Assembly (NCBI RefSeq): GCF_006345805.1
Contig: NC_043009.1
Location: 9,114,001-9,178,000 of the forward strand
Direction of reading: 5' to 3'
Length of the DNA stretch: 64,000 bases
Source of the DNA: Octopus sinensis
Taxonomy: Eukaryota
The first letter of the stretch is position 1, and every line of letters starts with the position of its first letter. Positions 49,441-61,215 of this stretch are shown here, one piece after another. The position numbers and the translations under genes were made by a program. The notes beneath the pieces are model-generated. The model was not told the origin of the DNA, did no database searches, and was given only the letters and a program-made list of their open reading frames with translations.

Positions 49441-50974
49441 ATGGCAACTAGCAGCAGTAGAAGTAATACTAAAAGTGGTATTGATGCTCCTAAAAGGACA
49501 GTCATTCAGGAGAGATTATCCCCCTTGAATCTCAAGGGTCCTTGAGATTGTACCGAGGGCGTCATATCTTTCTCAATAGTATATTGGTCTTTTTATTAAG
49601 GCAGCAAGCTGGCAGAAACGTTAGCCTGCTGGGTGAAATGCTTAGCAGTATTTCGTCTGCCGCTACGTTCTGAGTTCAAATTCTACTGAAGTCGACTTTG
49701 CTTTTCGTCCTTCCGGGGTCGATAAAGGGGTTGATGTAATCGACTTAATCCGTTTGTCTGTCCTTGTTTGCCCCCTCTGTGTTTAGCCCCTTGGGGGTAG
49801 TAAAGGAATGGATACTCACAACCTAGTTAACTTGGCTATTAAAAGCTAGTTCCTAAGCTTGGCCATTAACAATTATGTCTGGGTTTACCATAATTTTCAG
49901 GAGTGAACCCCGACATTGGGAGTTGAAGCCGAGACCAAATGAAATATCATGCAAGGTCTGAAGAGCTGCAGTGTGTGTGTGCACAACAGCCAAATACCAC
50001 ATCACTGGAACTGTGAAGCGCACAGTTTTACACAAAGATTTAAAAATTTTTTTATAAATTAGGCAATGGTTACCGACATTAACCTTAAGGATTATATAAT
50101 GTACAAGTATAAAGAAAGAATTAAAGAAAAAAGGACTCATTATATTGAATGTTATTGATAATATCAAGTGGAAATAGGGGATGCTGCAGTTCCGCAGTTC
50201 CTATACATGAGCTGCCACTAAAAACAAGGGGGAATTCGTGGCAGTGTTCAGTGAACAAATTAAACACACTACCCAACAGTGGCTAAAACTCAAACCGATC
50301 AAGTTTATGTATAAATTTTCTTTTTATATGTTTGTTTCCTTTTACACCATATTAAAACAACGGCTAAAAATTTTCTGAAGCAGCACCCCCACTAAGTTTA
50401 TCCACGAGCCGCCACTGCTCCGTTTATTTGTTCAAGGAGAGGGTAAATGTTTATGCTAATTATATTCAATTAATAAACTGTAATCGTTATCTTTCTCTCC
50501 CACACACAATCTGTATGTGTATATTTCAGCACATACATGCATGTGTATGTATATGTATGTGTGTGTGTGTGTTTGCCTCCAGTGCCAAAATATACTGTCA
50601 CCAAAGCAGGCTGAATGTCTGGTCATCTGTGCCAAATCATCAGCATCCAAACACTCTCACCTATTCATCTCATTCCATCGTTCAACATCCTATCAATTTG
50701 TCCATCTCTTATTTGGAAATGTAAAGAAATAAACAGCTACAGTAATTTATTCCGCTGTTGATCTAACATTTTTCTAACACTTACATCTAATTTTCCTCTC
50801 TCCCTCTCTCCCTCCTTTTCCCCCATCTTTTCCTTTCTTTCCCTCATTTCTCTTTATCTCTTCTTTCTCCCTCCCTCGTTTATCCTTATCTCTTTCCTCT
50901 CTTTTCCCTCCTTCTCTTCTCTCTCTCTCTTTCCTCCTCCCTCTCATACACAAACTCAGAATAAATGCATTGGG

Positions 50975-51139
50975 GCAGAAGGTAAACCCAGTGCGTAACT
51001 GGTACTTAATTTATTGGCCCTGAAAGGATGAAAGGCAAAGTCGACCTCGGTGGAATTTGAACTCAGAACATAAAGGCAGACGAAATACCACTAAGCATTT
51101 CGCCTGGTGTGCTAATATTTCTGCCAGCTCGCCGCCTTT
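50975..51139 (-). mobile_element. SINE family B (partial)
   Basis: Reverse complement of the family B 5' half, followed by tttggcatggtttct. Confidence 0.8.
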
Positions 51140-51590
51140 TTGGCATGGTTTCTTCAGTGGGACACCCTTGCTAATACCTGCCTGGGGCAACAATAAGATA
51201 GTCTGCCCCAGGCAATGCTTTTATGGGGATGGTACTGCCAAGTCTGCTATATAAGCCTGTATAGGGGACGGGGTCAGGGAGATGCGGGTTCAGGGGTCGC
51301 CCAGGTGGCACATATTCCATCTACACCTCTGGTACTTGATGAACATAATCTCTGACCTGGTTTTGATCCCTAGTTGTAGCTTATGATGTTAATACTTTAA
51401 CCCTTTAGTGTTTAGATTACTTTCTCTAATGTAATGCTTATTTGTTCACATTCATCATCATTGTCATCGTCATCATCATCATCATCATCATTTAGCATCT
51501 GCTTTCCATACTGGCTTGAGTTACCTGGGTTGACTGCAAACTGGTAAGCTGGGGAGCTGCACCAGGCTCCAATCTGATTTGGCATGGTTT

Positions 51591-51826
51591 CTTATTTCTT
51601 AATTGCCCAAAAGGGGCTAAACATAGAGGAGACAAACAAGGACAGACAAAGGGATTAAGTTGATCACATTGACCTCCAGTGCATAACTGGTACTTAATTT
51701 ATCGGCCCTGAAAGGATGAAAGGCAAAGTCGACCTCGGCGGAATTTGAACTCAGAACATAAAGGCAGACGAAATACCACTAAGCATTTCACCTGGTGTGC
51801 TGATGTTTCTGCTAGCTCGCTGCCTT
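51591..51826 (-). mobile_element. SINE family B
   Basis: Full-length reverse copy. Confidence 0.8.
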
Positions 51827-52095
51827 ATATTAATTCTCAATATATTTCATAATTTACCACTCCATTCAAATTGGTACTACCAATCAAATTAAACTGATTT
51901 AATTTAAAACTAAAGGTATTTTATAGAAAGCACCAACTAATAAGAGATATATATACAGGGCGGGCCAAAAGTCCCAAACAGAATAAGTTCAATATGCTCT
52001 GGAATTGTCAAAGACATTCTTCAGTTTTGAATAAAATAAGCAAAATAAAATGGTGAATGTAAACCCGGAATCATGTGGTTGGGAAGCAAGCTTCT

Positions 52096-52327
52096 TATTT
52101 CTTTATTGCCCACAAGGGGCTAAACATAGAGGGAACAAACAAGGACAGACAAAGGAGTTAAGTCGATTATATTGACCCCAGTGCGTAACTGGTACTTAAT
52201 TTATCGACCCCGAAAGGATGAAAGGCAAAGTCGATCTCGGCGGAATTTGAACTCAGAACGTAACGGCAGATGAAATACCGCTAAGCATTTCGCCTGGTGT
52301 GCTGATGTTTCTGCCAGCTCGCCACCT
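52096..52327 (-). mobile_element. SINE family B
   Basis: Full-length reverse copy followed by tttggcacagtttct. Confidence 0.8.
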
Positions 52328-52638
52328 TTTTGGCACAGTTTCTACAGCTGGACGCCCTTGCTAACACCAACCTCTCCAAGAGTGTAATGTGTGTTTTTAC
52401 ATGCTTCCAGCATGGGTGCCAGTTATGTGATACCAGCAACAGCCATGACTATGATTTCACTTGGCTTGAAAAGTCTTCTCAAGCAGTGATTGTTTCTTTT
52501 TAGAATGACATTGTAGAGTATGTATGAGAGGCTGGATCTGATTGGTTTAAACATAAAACAGGTAGAATATTTGGGCTGGATATAGCCAATTTGAATGTTA
52601 AAGTGTTTACATATTGTAGCAGGCTTTATAAGTCTAAT

Positions 52639-52989
52639 ATTTATTTACATTATTTACATTCGACGGATATTTGTCCTCATCTTGTTTGTTGTTAACATAA
52701 CGTTTTGGCTGATACACCCTCCAGCCTTCATCAGGTGTCCTGGGGAAATTTCGAACCTGGGTTCTTATTCCTAAGGTATTTTTTGATGTTATTATTATTG
52801 TTATTATCATTATTATTATCATTATTATTATTCTGGAATCAAACTCAGAATCTTGGGGTTAGTAGCCCGTGCTCTTAACCACTATGCCATATGCCCGTCG
52901 GTGTTTAAGGGCACTGGCTACTAACCCCAAGATTCCAAGTTCGATTCCAAGTTCGATTCCAAGCAGTGACCTGAACAATAACAATAAAA

Positions 52990-53026
<37 letters not shown>

Positions 53027-53192
53027 CAACATCATAATAACATACCTTAGGAATGAGAACGCAGGTTCAAAATTTCCCCAAGACACCTGAAGAAGGCTGG
53101 ATGGTATACAAACGAAAACGTGTTAACAACAAACAAGATGAGGACTAATGTACATAATGTACATAATTCCTCATCCCTTAAATATAGAACTG
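52639..53192. mobile_element. Head-to-head inverted dimer of the tRNA-headed hammerhead SINE
   Basis: Minus copy 52896 to 52639 has a full head and a hammerhead at 52694-52739 with GAAA mutated to AAAA. Plus copy about 52903-53192 lacks the first part of the head and has a degenerate CUGAAGA hammerhead at about 53082-53125. Confidence 0.8.
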
Positions 53193-54327
53193 TAAGTCTA
53201 ATAATGTTTAGCTTGTGTCTCTGTGTCCTGTGTTCACATCCTGCTTGGCTTGATTTTGCTTTCCATTCCACAGCATTTAATTTTGAAAAACCAAAAAGAA
53301 CTAAGCATGTGATAGGTGTTGATTCGATTGGAAATACTTCTTTCCTACAAATTTTGTGGTTTTGTACCAGTATAAGAAATCAATAGTTTTACATTTTAAT
53401 TATAATACAAAAATAGGTTTGGAAATTAACAAAAATATATATAAAAAAAAAAGAGAAATTTCATTTAGTGTTTGTTTATTATTGATTGATTTCATGTTAT
53501 ATTAAAAAAATTACAATGACTAACGATAAGAAATTTTGTCTGCAAGATTTTGATTGATATAGTGCTTTATCTAGTATAATTATACCAAACCATTTTGGAA
53601 AGTATTGTATTTGAAGCACTCAGAATTATGTCTTAAATCACTAATTAAATACTAGTATTACTTATTATTTATATATTTATTTATTCTGTATCAAGTTCTG
53701 ATTGAGTCAATAAAAGAAAACAGACCAGACTGTATGATATATATTATTTAGTTTTGGCCCTTTGTAATTCTGAGTTCAAATCCTCTCAAAATTTAATTGT
53801 TAATATGTGGCCCATGGGAGTTTCTCAATGGCATGCCTAACCAAAAAATTACCTTAAAATTTGTTCAGTTGTGTGGTATATCTGATGATGAGTCTACTAA
53901 TTTCATTGGCCCTTTTGAGTTTATGAATTATGTGCTGTCAAGAAACTGGAGTTGATTCTCAATTAATGAAGCACTTCTACCTCAAGAACGAGATTTATGG
54001 CCTGTCACACAAAAAATAAACATTTGATATTTAATCTCTCTGTAGGTGTGTATGCATGCATGTGTGCATGTGAGTGTGTGTGTGTGTATGTGTGTATCAT
54101 TTTCATCATCATTTGATGCTCAATTTTTTCATGCTTGCATGGGTGAGATGGAATTTGTTGAGACAGGTTTCTCCATGGTTGGCTGCCCTTCCTGTCACTA
54201 ATCCTCAACTGGAAGACTGGAAACAAATAACCTCACATATATGATGGTGGTGCTCATTTACAACTATCATGTGATGTCTGGGCAAAGGTACCTGCAAACA
54301 CACACACACATATACACATATATATGT

Positions 54328-54544
54328 TTCTTTATTACCCACAAGGGGCCAAACACAGAGGGGACAAACTAGGATTAAGTCGATTACATCGACCCCAGTG
54401 CGTAACTGGTACTTAATTTATCGATCCCGAAAGGATGAAAGGCAAAGTCGACCTTGGCGGGATTTGAACTCAGAACGTAATGGCAGACGAAATACCACTA
54501 AGCATTTCGCCCGGCATGCTAATGATTCTGCCAGCTTGCCGCCT
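54328..54544 (-). mobile_element. SINE family B
   Basis: Reverse copy. Confidence 0.8.
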
Positions 54545-54564
54545 ATATATATACATATATATGT

Positions 54565-54975
54565 ATTCTTTTATTCTTTTACTTGTTTCAGTCATTTGAT
54601 TGTGGCCATGCTGGAGCACAATGTTAGAAGTGTTTTTAATAGAAGAAACCAACCCCAGGACTTCTTTCTAAGCCTTGTACTTATTTTAATGGTCTCTTTT
54701 GCCGAACTGCTAAGTTATGCAGATGAAAACACACCAGCATTGGTTGTCAAGCGATGGTGGGGTGACAAACACAAACACAAAGACACACACACACACACAA
54801 CACACACACACACACACAACACACACACACACACACACACACACCAAATGGGCTTCCTTCAGTTTCTGTCTAACAAATCTAATCTTAAGGTTTTGGTTGG
54901 CTCAAAGCTAAAGTAAAAGACACTTGCCCAAGGTGCCATGCAGTGGGACTGAACCTGAAACCCTGTGGTTGGGAA
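54565..54975 (-). mobile_element. SINE family A
   Basis: Tail half 54565-54780, (CA)n, head half 54850-54975. Confidence 0.75.
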
Positions 54976-55166
54976 GCACAAACAATCAGCTTTGAGTGCA
55001 CTGCATCTTATAGCTGAAACAGTTGTTAGCTAATGAAGTTCATTGCATAATTTTTTGTTCTTTTGTCATTTATTTAATTTCATATATATATACACATATA
55101 AACAAAAATATGGATAAAGAAAATTACATCTGCCTAGATTTTATAACCTCATTTTTCTTCTTCACA

Positions 55167-55220
<54 letters not shown>

Positions 55221-55382
55221 CTGGCTTCTTTCAGCTGCCATCTACCAAATCTTATCACAATGTTTTGGTCTGTTTGGGGCTAAAGTAGAAAACATTTGTT
55301 CAAGGTGCCATGCTGTGAGGCTGAACCCAAGAGAACATGGTTGGCAAGCAAACCTCTTTACCGCACAGCCATACCTATGCTT

Positions 55383-55394
<12 letters not shown>

Positions 55395-55429
<35 letters not shown>

Positions 55430-55570
55430 CTTTTATGTAATGAGATAAAAAGACAAGGCTGTGTAGATTTTAGAACATTTATAAATAGAAGGTTTTTGTT
55501 AATTTCCAAAGGTCTTACAGCTGTTTCAAGGATATTTATTATATCCCTTCATTGGAGACAGTATGAAAAG
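55395..55570 (-). mobile_element. Penelope-LTR-like repeat with decayed hammerhead
   Basis: Minus strand 55559-55511 reads gucu-CCAAUGA-agggauau aauaa auauccuu-GAAAC-AGCU-GUA-agac. Stems I and II and a palindromic stem III loop are intact, but the core is mutated. Confidence 0.55.
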
Positions 55571-55775
55571 ATGGTTAAGCAATAGTTAATTTAGATAAGA
55601 TACGAAAGAGAGTGGTGGAGGAATTAAAATAGATGTGAAATATGCAGGGATATTGTATATCTAGATCCATTATTTAGGCAGAATGGTATACATATAAGAT
55701 TCCAATACCTTATGAGTAAAATCCAATAGTATTTAAAATTGGTCATTCCAAGTATAGAGTTTTATTTAAAGTGAC

Positions 55776-55821
<46 letters not shown>

Positions 55822-55890
55822 CACACACACACATATATATACACAATATATATATATACATATACATATATATATACATATACATATATA

Positions 55891-56560
55891 TCATCATCAT
55901 CATCATCATCGTTTAGCGTCCGTTTTCCATGCTAGCATGGGTTGGACGGTTCTACTGGGGTCTGTGAAGCCAGAAGGCTTCATCAGGCCCAGTCAAATCT
56001 GGCAGTGTTTCTACGGCTGGATGCCCTTCCTAACGCCAACCACTCCGTGAGTGTAGTGGGTGCTTTTTACGTGCCACCCGCACTGGTGCCAGACAGAGCT
56101 GGCAAACGGCCACGAACGGATGGTGCTTTTTATGTGCCACCGGCACGAGGGCCAGGCGAGGCTGGCAACGGACATGAAATGGGGCGGTGCTGGCAACGGT
56201 CGCGAAACGGAAAGTTCTCTTACATGCCACCGGCACTGGTAACACATCTGCAATTTCCATTGATCGATTTCGATTCTGATCGTCACTTGCCTCAACAGGT
56301 CTTCACAAGCAGAGTTTTGACATGCCACCGGCACTGGTAGCACATCCGCAATTTCCATTGATCGATTTCGATTCTGATCCTCACTTGCCTCATCACATCT
56401 TCACAAGTAGAGTTTTGTGTCCCAAGAAGGGAAGGTATGCATACGTAGGCTGGCTCCATCCCATGTAGAAGGCCACGGGTTATGGACTCACTTGTCCTGC
56501 CGGGTCTTCTCGCGCACAGCACACTTCCAGAGGTCTCGGTCTCTAGTCATTTCCTCAGTG
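55891..56560 (-). mobile_element. RTE LINE 3' fragment with an internal tandem duplication of about 98 bp
   Basis: Same 3' UTR as 32356-33398 and ORF end EEMTRDRDLWKCAVREKTRQDK. 56222-56319 is repeated at about 56320-56417. Confidence 0.85.
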
Positions 56561-56568
56561 ATATATAC

Positions 56569-56628
<60 letters not shown>

Positions 56629-56671
56629 TAAGGGTTGAAAATTCAACCCACCACGGGATAGCATATATCCA

Positions 56672-56702
<31 letters not shown>

Positions 56703-56849
56703 TACACGCATACTCATACAGACATATACATACATATATAAAGGCACCATTCGAGCGTGATCGTTACCAGCATCGCCTTACTGGCACTTGAGCCCCATGC
56801 CAGTAGGGTGCTAAGAGCACCATCCGAGTGTGATCGTTGCAAAATTATG

Positions 56850-57008
56850 GAAGTATGGCGGAATGTGGTTAAGAAGCTTGCTTTGCAGTCATATGGTTTC
56901 AGGTTCAGTTTCACCGCATGGCATCTTGGGCAAGTGTCTTCTACCATAGCCTTGGGACAAACAATTCCTTGACAGTAAATTTAGTAGATGGAAACTATGT
57001 AGAAGTCC

Positions 57009-57042
<34 letters not shown>

Positions 57043-57053
57043 ATATATATATA

Positions 57054-57122
<69 letters not shown>

Positions 57123-57131
57123 ATATATATA

Positions 57132-57162
<31 letters not shown>

Positions 57163-57380
57163 GTATATGTGTGTGTCTGTGCTTGTATCTACATGTCCTC
57201 ACTCTTGACAACCAGTGTTGGTTTATTTACATCCCTTAATTTAGCAGTTTCAGCAAAAGAAACCATTATAATAAGTACCAGACTTGAGAAAAATATGTAC
57301 TGGAATTGATTCGTTTGACTGAATCTTTCAAGGTGATGCTCCAGCATGGCCACAGTGCACTGACTGAAATAAGTAAAAAA
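56850..57380 (+). mobile_element. SINE family A with expanded central microsatellite
   Basis: Head 56850-57010, about 170 bp of (TA/TG)n, tail 57170-57380. Confidence 0.7.
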
Positions 57381-57861
57381 TATAAAAATTAAAGGTAACT
57401 GATATCCAATGACCAATGAATACAACAGGATTTTGACAGCCTGCTAGAAAGAGCAACCAAATCACCTTCAAATCACACTTTACTCTTTTATAACATGTAC
57501 ATTTGGGAATATTTTAGATGCATTTTAGCTGGGGAAAGTTGGGATGGTTTATGGTTGGAACCCTTTTGATGACGTACTTCTTAAATCAGGGTTGACAGAC
57601 AAAAGACCACCAAAAATCTTTTTACTCAGAATTGAGGCAGTTTTCATTTAGTCTATATATACCAAGCTAAACAGAAGCCTTTTATTTTTCAAATTTACGC
57701 ACATGTTCATTCAAATGAATTCTAAATCTATGATCGATATTGAAAGGTTTTGCAGTTGAAATAGTGCAAGCATTAGTTTTTTCAAGAACTGTATGCATTC
57801 ATTTCGTTTTTGGATTTGGTTTGCAAGATTCTTCATATGAGTTCGTGTGTTGAAGCATATT

Positions 57862-58096
57862 CTGTTGTGTCTGGGGAGAGTCATTCTCTTTTAGTGCCTT
57901 ATTATTTAACACACTCACCGGTAAAATTTCCACTTATTTCTTATTTTTATTTTCTAAAATTTTCGTTGCATGTTGCAACCTTTTCAATAGTCTTGATTCT
58001 TTAGAAAATAAAAATAAGAAATAAGTGGGCATTTTACCGGTGAGTGTGTGAAATAATAAGGCACTAAAAGAGAATGACTCTCCCCAGACACAACAG
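57862..58096. repeat. Near-perfect 97-bp inverted repeat
   Basis: 57862-57958 versus 58000-58096, 3 mismatches, 41-nt spacer. Confidence 0.9.
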
Positions 58097-58588
58097 CGTA
58101 TGCATTCATTTAGACAATTTCTATTCCTGCTTTTACTGTAAGGACTCTAGCTGGTAAGAACTGTAAATATATCATGTAGAAAAGGTTTTTCCACAAATCT
58201 CTGTACACAGACTTAGCCAAAGCCTCATATCTTGTTTTTTCCTTATTGTTAGTAAAGTTGTTATAATATATATTATCCCATTTATCCATTTACTTTGGCC
58301 TACATTTATAACTCGGGGTTTTTAGGGATAATTGTCTCTAATTGCCCCCACAAAATCTAGTTTCTGCTAACCTACAGAGCCAAATAAATTTGGCATCCCT
58401 GACTTAGTTGGCTAGTAATATTTATCCCCACTTAAATGTGGGTAGTCTGTTAGAACAAACTATTTTGTGGAAGGTACAATGAGAAACTCTCATATTGGCT
58501 TTTGGTGCAAAATGGTCCTAACAGAACATCCATTTTAAAGTGGGGATAAATATTAGCTCTCAGTATTGATACTGCCTCTGTCACTAAT

Positions 58589-59038
58589 AAAAGGCACCAT
58601 TCGAGCGTGATCGTTATCAGCGTTGCCTTACTGGCACTTATGTCCCGTGCTAGTGGGGTGCTAAGAGCACCATCCAAGCGAGATCATTGCCACAGTGGCT
58701 AACTGGCTTCCGTGCCAGTGGCATGTAAAAGGCACCATTCAAGCATGATCATTACCAACGTCACCTTACTGGCACTTGTGCCAGTGGCACGTGAAAAAAC
58801 ATTTGAGTGAGGTCGTTGCCAGTACCGCCTGACTGGCCCCCGTGCTGGTGGCATGTAAAAGAACCCATGACACTCTTGGAGTGGTTGGTGTTAGGAAGGG
58901 CATCCAGCTGTAGAAACATTGCCAGATCAAGATTGGAGCCTGGTGCAGCCATCTGGTTCACCAGTCCTCAGTCGAACCATCCAACCCATGCCAGCATGGA
59001 AAACGGACGTTAAACAATGATGATGATGATGATGATGA
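58589..59038 (+). mobile_element. RTE 3' UTR copy (second subfamily)
   Basis: Same subfamily as 29892-30355, with a (GAT)n tail. Confidence 0.8.
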
Positions 59039-59399
59039 GATTAGTGGTGGGCTAGAAGATTTTGTAAAGTTATTAGTGATCTTCTTGGTAAGGGGCTAGA
59101 AAGTCCAATTGCAATTTGGGATGCAAGAAAGCTTGCAAAATATGCAATACACAAAGGAATGGTGATATTGCTGGCCCATCATTCTGTCTACATCAGCATA
59201 GAAAAATGGATACTGGAACAACAATGGTGATGAATTTTATATTAACAAATAATAGTGTTGGCTTTAGATTGACTTGCACAAAATGTAATTTTATAGTGTA
59301 TACAAGATAATAACATTAATTAAAAGAATCAACATTTTCACAGTATAACCTAATTATTAATTACATAATAGGCTCCACAATTTTTTTCTCTATAATTTG

Positions 59400-59620
59400 G
59401 GTAAGTTAATTGTAGATAAGTCTAATAATTAGTTTGACACAAATATTTAATAAGAAAGATGGTAATTAAAGAAGTTGTTTTGAATTCTTGATGTAGGATT
59501 GGTTAAAGAAAACTACATTATTGGTAAATAAGAACAGAATATAAATTTTATTTTCAAGTTTAATTAGCTTTTAAAAATATAATTTACTCTTGTATGGGAA
59601 ATATTCCTACAAAATATAAA
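59400..59620 (-). pseudogene. Highly decayed L1-like RT fragment
   Basis: Minus translation ENKIYILFLFTNNVVFFNQSYIKNSKQLL resembles L1 KLSLFADDMIVYLENP..NLL. Weak match. Confidence 0.3.
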
Positions 59621-59835
59621 TGGATGTCTATTTTATGATTAAGGTTTATTCATCACATTATGATGATGTATTTGATAATTTTTTTATTTATGCATTCATC
59701 ATCATCATCATCGTCGTTTAATATATGATTATTAAATAATGATAAAAATATTAGTTAAAAATTGGTATTGGATGTGTAATGGTAATGTCTGTCATGTAGG
59801 TATATATACACCATTGTTTAGTACTATAATACACA

Positions 59836-60551
59836 GAGTAAGGTCACTGACTTCCTCTAATTTGTCGGTGTCCAACCACTGAGCTGAGCATCACCCGTTG
59901 TCGTAAAAAATCCACTTTTCATCACAAGTCACAATCGGGTCGAGAAACGGGTTGTTCTTTTTGCATAAAAGAAGGGAAGACGACACTTCAAAATGGTGTT
60001 TTTTTTTGGTTGTCGTTTAATTCATGTGGCACCCTTTTCTGTTTTTCCAATCTCTTTCCAGTGGTTGGAAATTGTCATATACATTACGTCTAATTCAGAA
60101 GCAAGCTCTCGAATAGTTGTGCGTGGATTGGCTTCGACTAAGGCTCTCAGTTGATCGTTGTCAACATCTGATGGCCGACCACTACGCTTATCATCTTCAA
60201 GACTCTCATGATTGCTATGAAATTTCTTGAACCACCATTGTACTGTACATTCATTAGTGGTTCTTGGGCCAAATGCATTGTTGATATCATGAGCTGTTTA
60301 GCAGCTTTTTGGCCTAGCTTGAACTGGAATAAGAAAATTGTGTGAATTTGCTTTTTGTCCATGTTGTATTCAACTTTCCAGAAAAAATGGCCTAATTATT
60401 CAAAAAGAAAAAGAGTAACATGATTAGATAGAGCGAAAAACGGGCTTTAAAATGATATATAAAGTCAAAGTAATTTAATGACAATTAATTTGAAAATACA
60501 TCAGTTAAAACCAAAATTAAAAATTCCACAAGAACTTTCTTGACAACCTAA
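59836..60551 (-). mobile_element. mariner (Hsmar/SETMAR-like) 5' fragment with left TIR
   Basis: MDKKQIHTIFLFQFKLGQKAA..., SLEDDKRSGRPS, PFLDPIVTCDEKWIFYDN. TIR gaactttcttgacaacctaa-ta. Confidence 0.85.
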
Positions 60552-60737
60552 TATATATATAAAGAAAGAGAGAGAGAGAGAGAGAGAGGTAATTACGTGG
60601 ATAAACAAATTAGATATTTCAAATATATTAAATATATTAGTTTGGATATGAAATACAAATTATGTATAAATGCAAAACGAGAGAAAGCAAAAGATAGAGA
60701 CTTGCAGATGATGAATTTTTAAGTATAAATATATAAG

Positions 60738-61215
60738 TGTTTATACTGATAGGTCCAACTTGCACAGAGTACGAATGACAGAGAAAATTAAAGGGGTAGA
60801 AGAAAGGTGTTATAAATCCAGCAGCTGTTTCTAGGGTTTTGACAATCCCCAGAAACATATTCATCACAATATGCGGCCATATGGATGCAATTAACAATTG
60901 GATAAGATGAGCCTTCATCATCAGGGTCAAGAAGATCTTACAGCTAACTCTCCACATTTAATCATTCCATCTTTGAATTTCTCTGCATTAAGATCTGAAA
61001 TGTAAGATCTTCTCTACCCTGATGACTGAAGCTTGTCTTATCTAATGTTAATTGCATACTTATGACCGCATGTTGTGATTAACTAAGTCTACCAACATTA
61101 TTATGGATCACTGAGCCCCTCAAAACAGCCACTGGACTTATAATACCTTTCTTCCACCCCTTTAATTTTCTCTGTTGTTTGTCCTCAGTGGAAGTTGGAC
61201 CTATTAATACAAATA
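60738..61215. repeat. Old fold-back (imperfect inverted repeat, arms about 205 bp)
   Basis: 60738-60943 is the reverse complement of 61001-61215, with roughly three quarters of positions matching by eye. Confidence 0.8.

Larger units (their letters stand above)
51397..52609. mobile_element. TTAA MITE (27069 family) interrupted by nested RTE and SINE insertions
   Basis: Left part 51397-51452 and right part about 52486-52609 match 27069-27296. The interior holds RTE 3' UTR pieces and two SINEs. Confidence 0.65.

Noticed and set aside
48905-49528. 207-aa proline-rich, extensin-like ORF and its Val-rich antisense ORF
   Set aside because: Translation of a (CCA)n repeat inside CYB5RL intron 3, with no splice or domain support.
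53797-53955. LLICGPWEF...IGPFEF peptide resembling CYB5RL C-terminal motifs
   Set aside because: An in-frame TAA lies immediately upstream with no acceptor, motif spacing is wrong, and exons 4 and 5 would have to precede it. Exon 4 probably lies beyond 64000.
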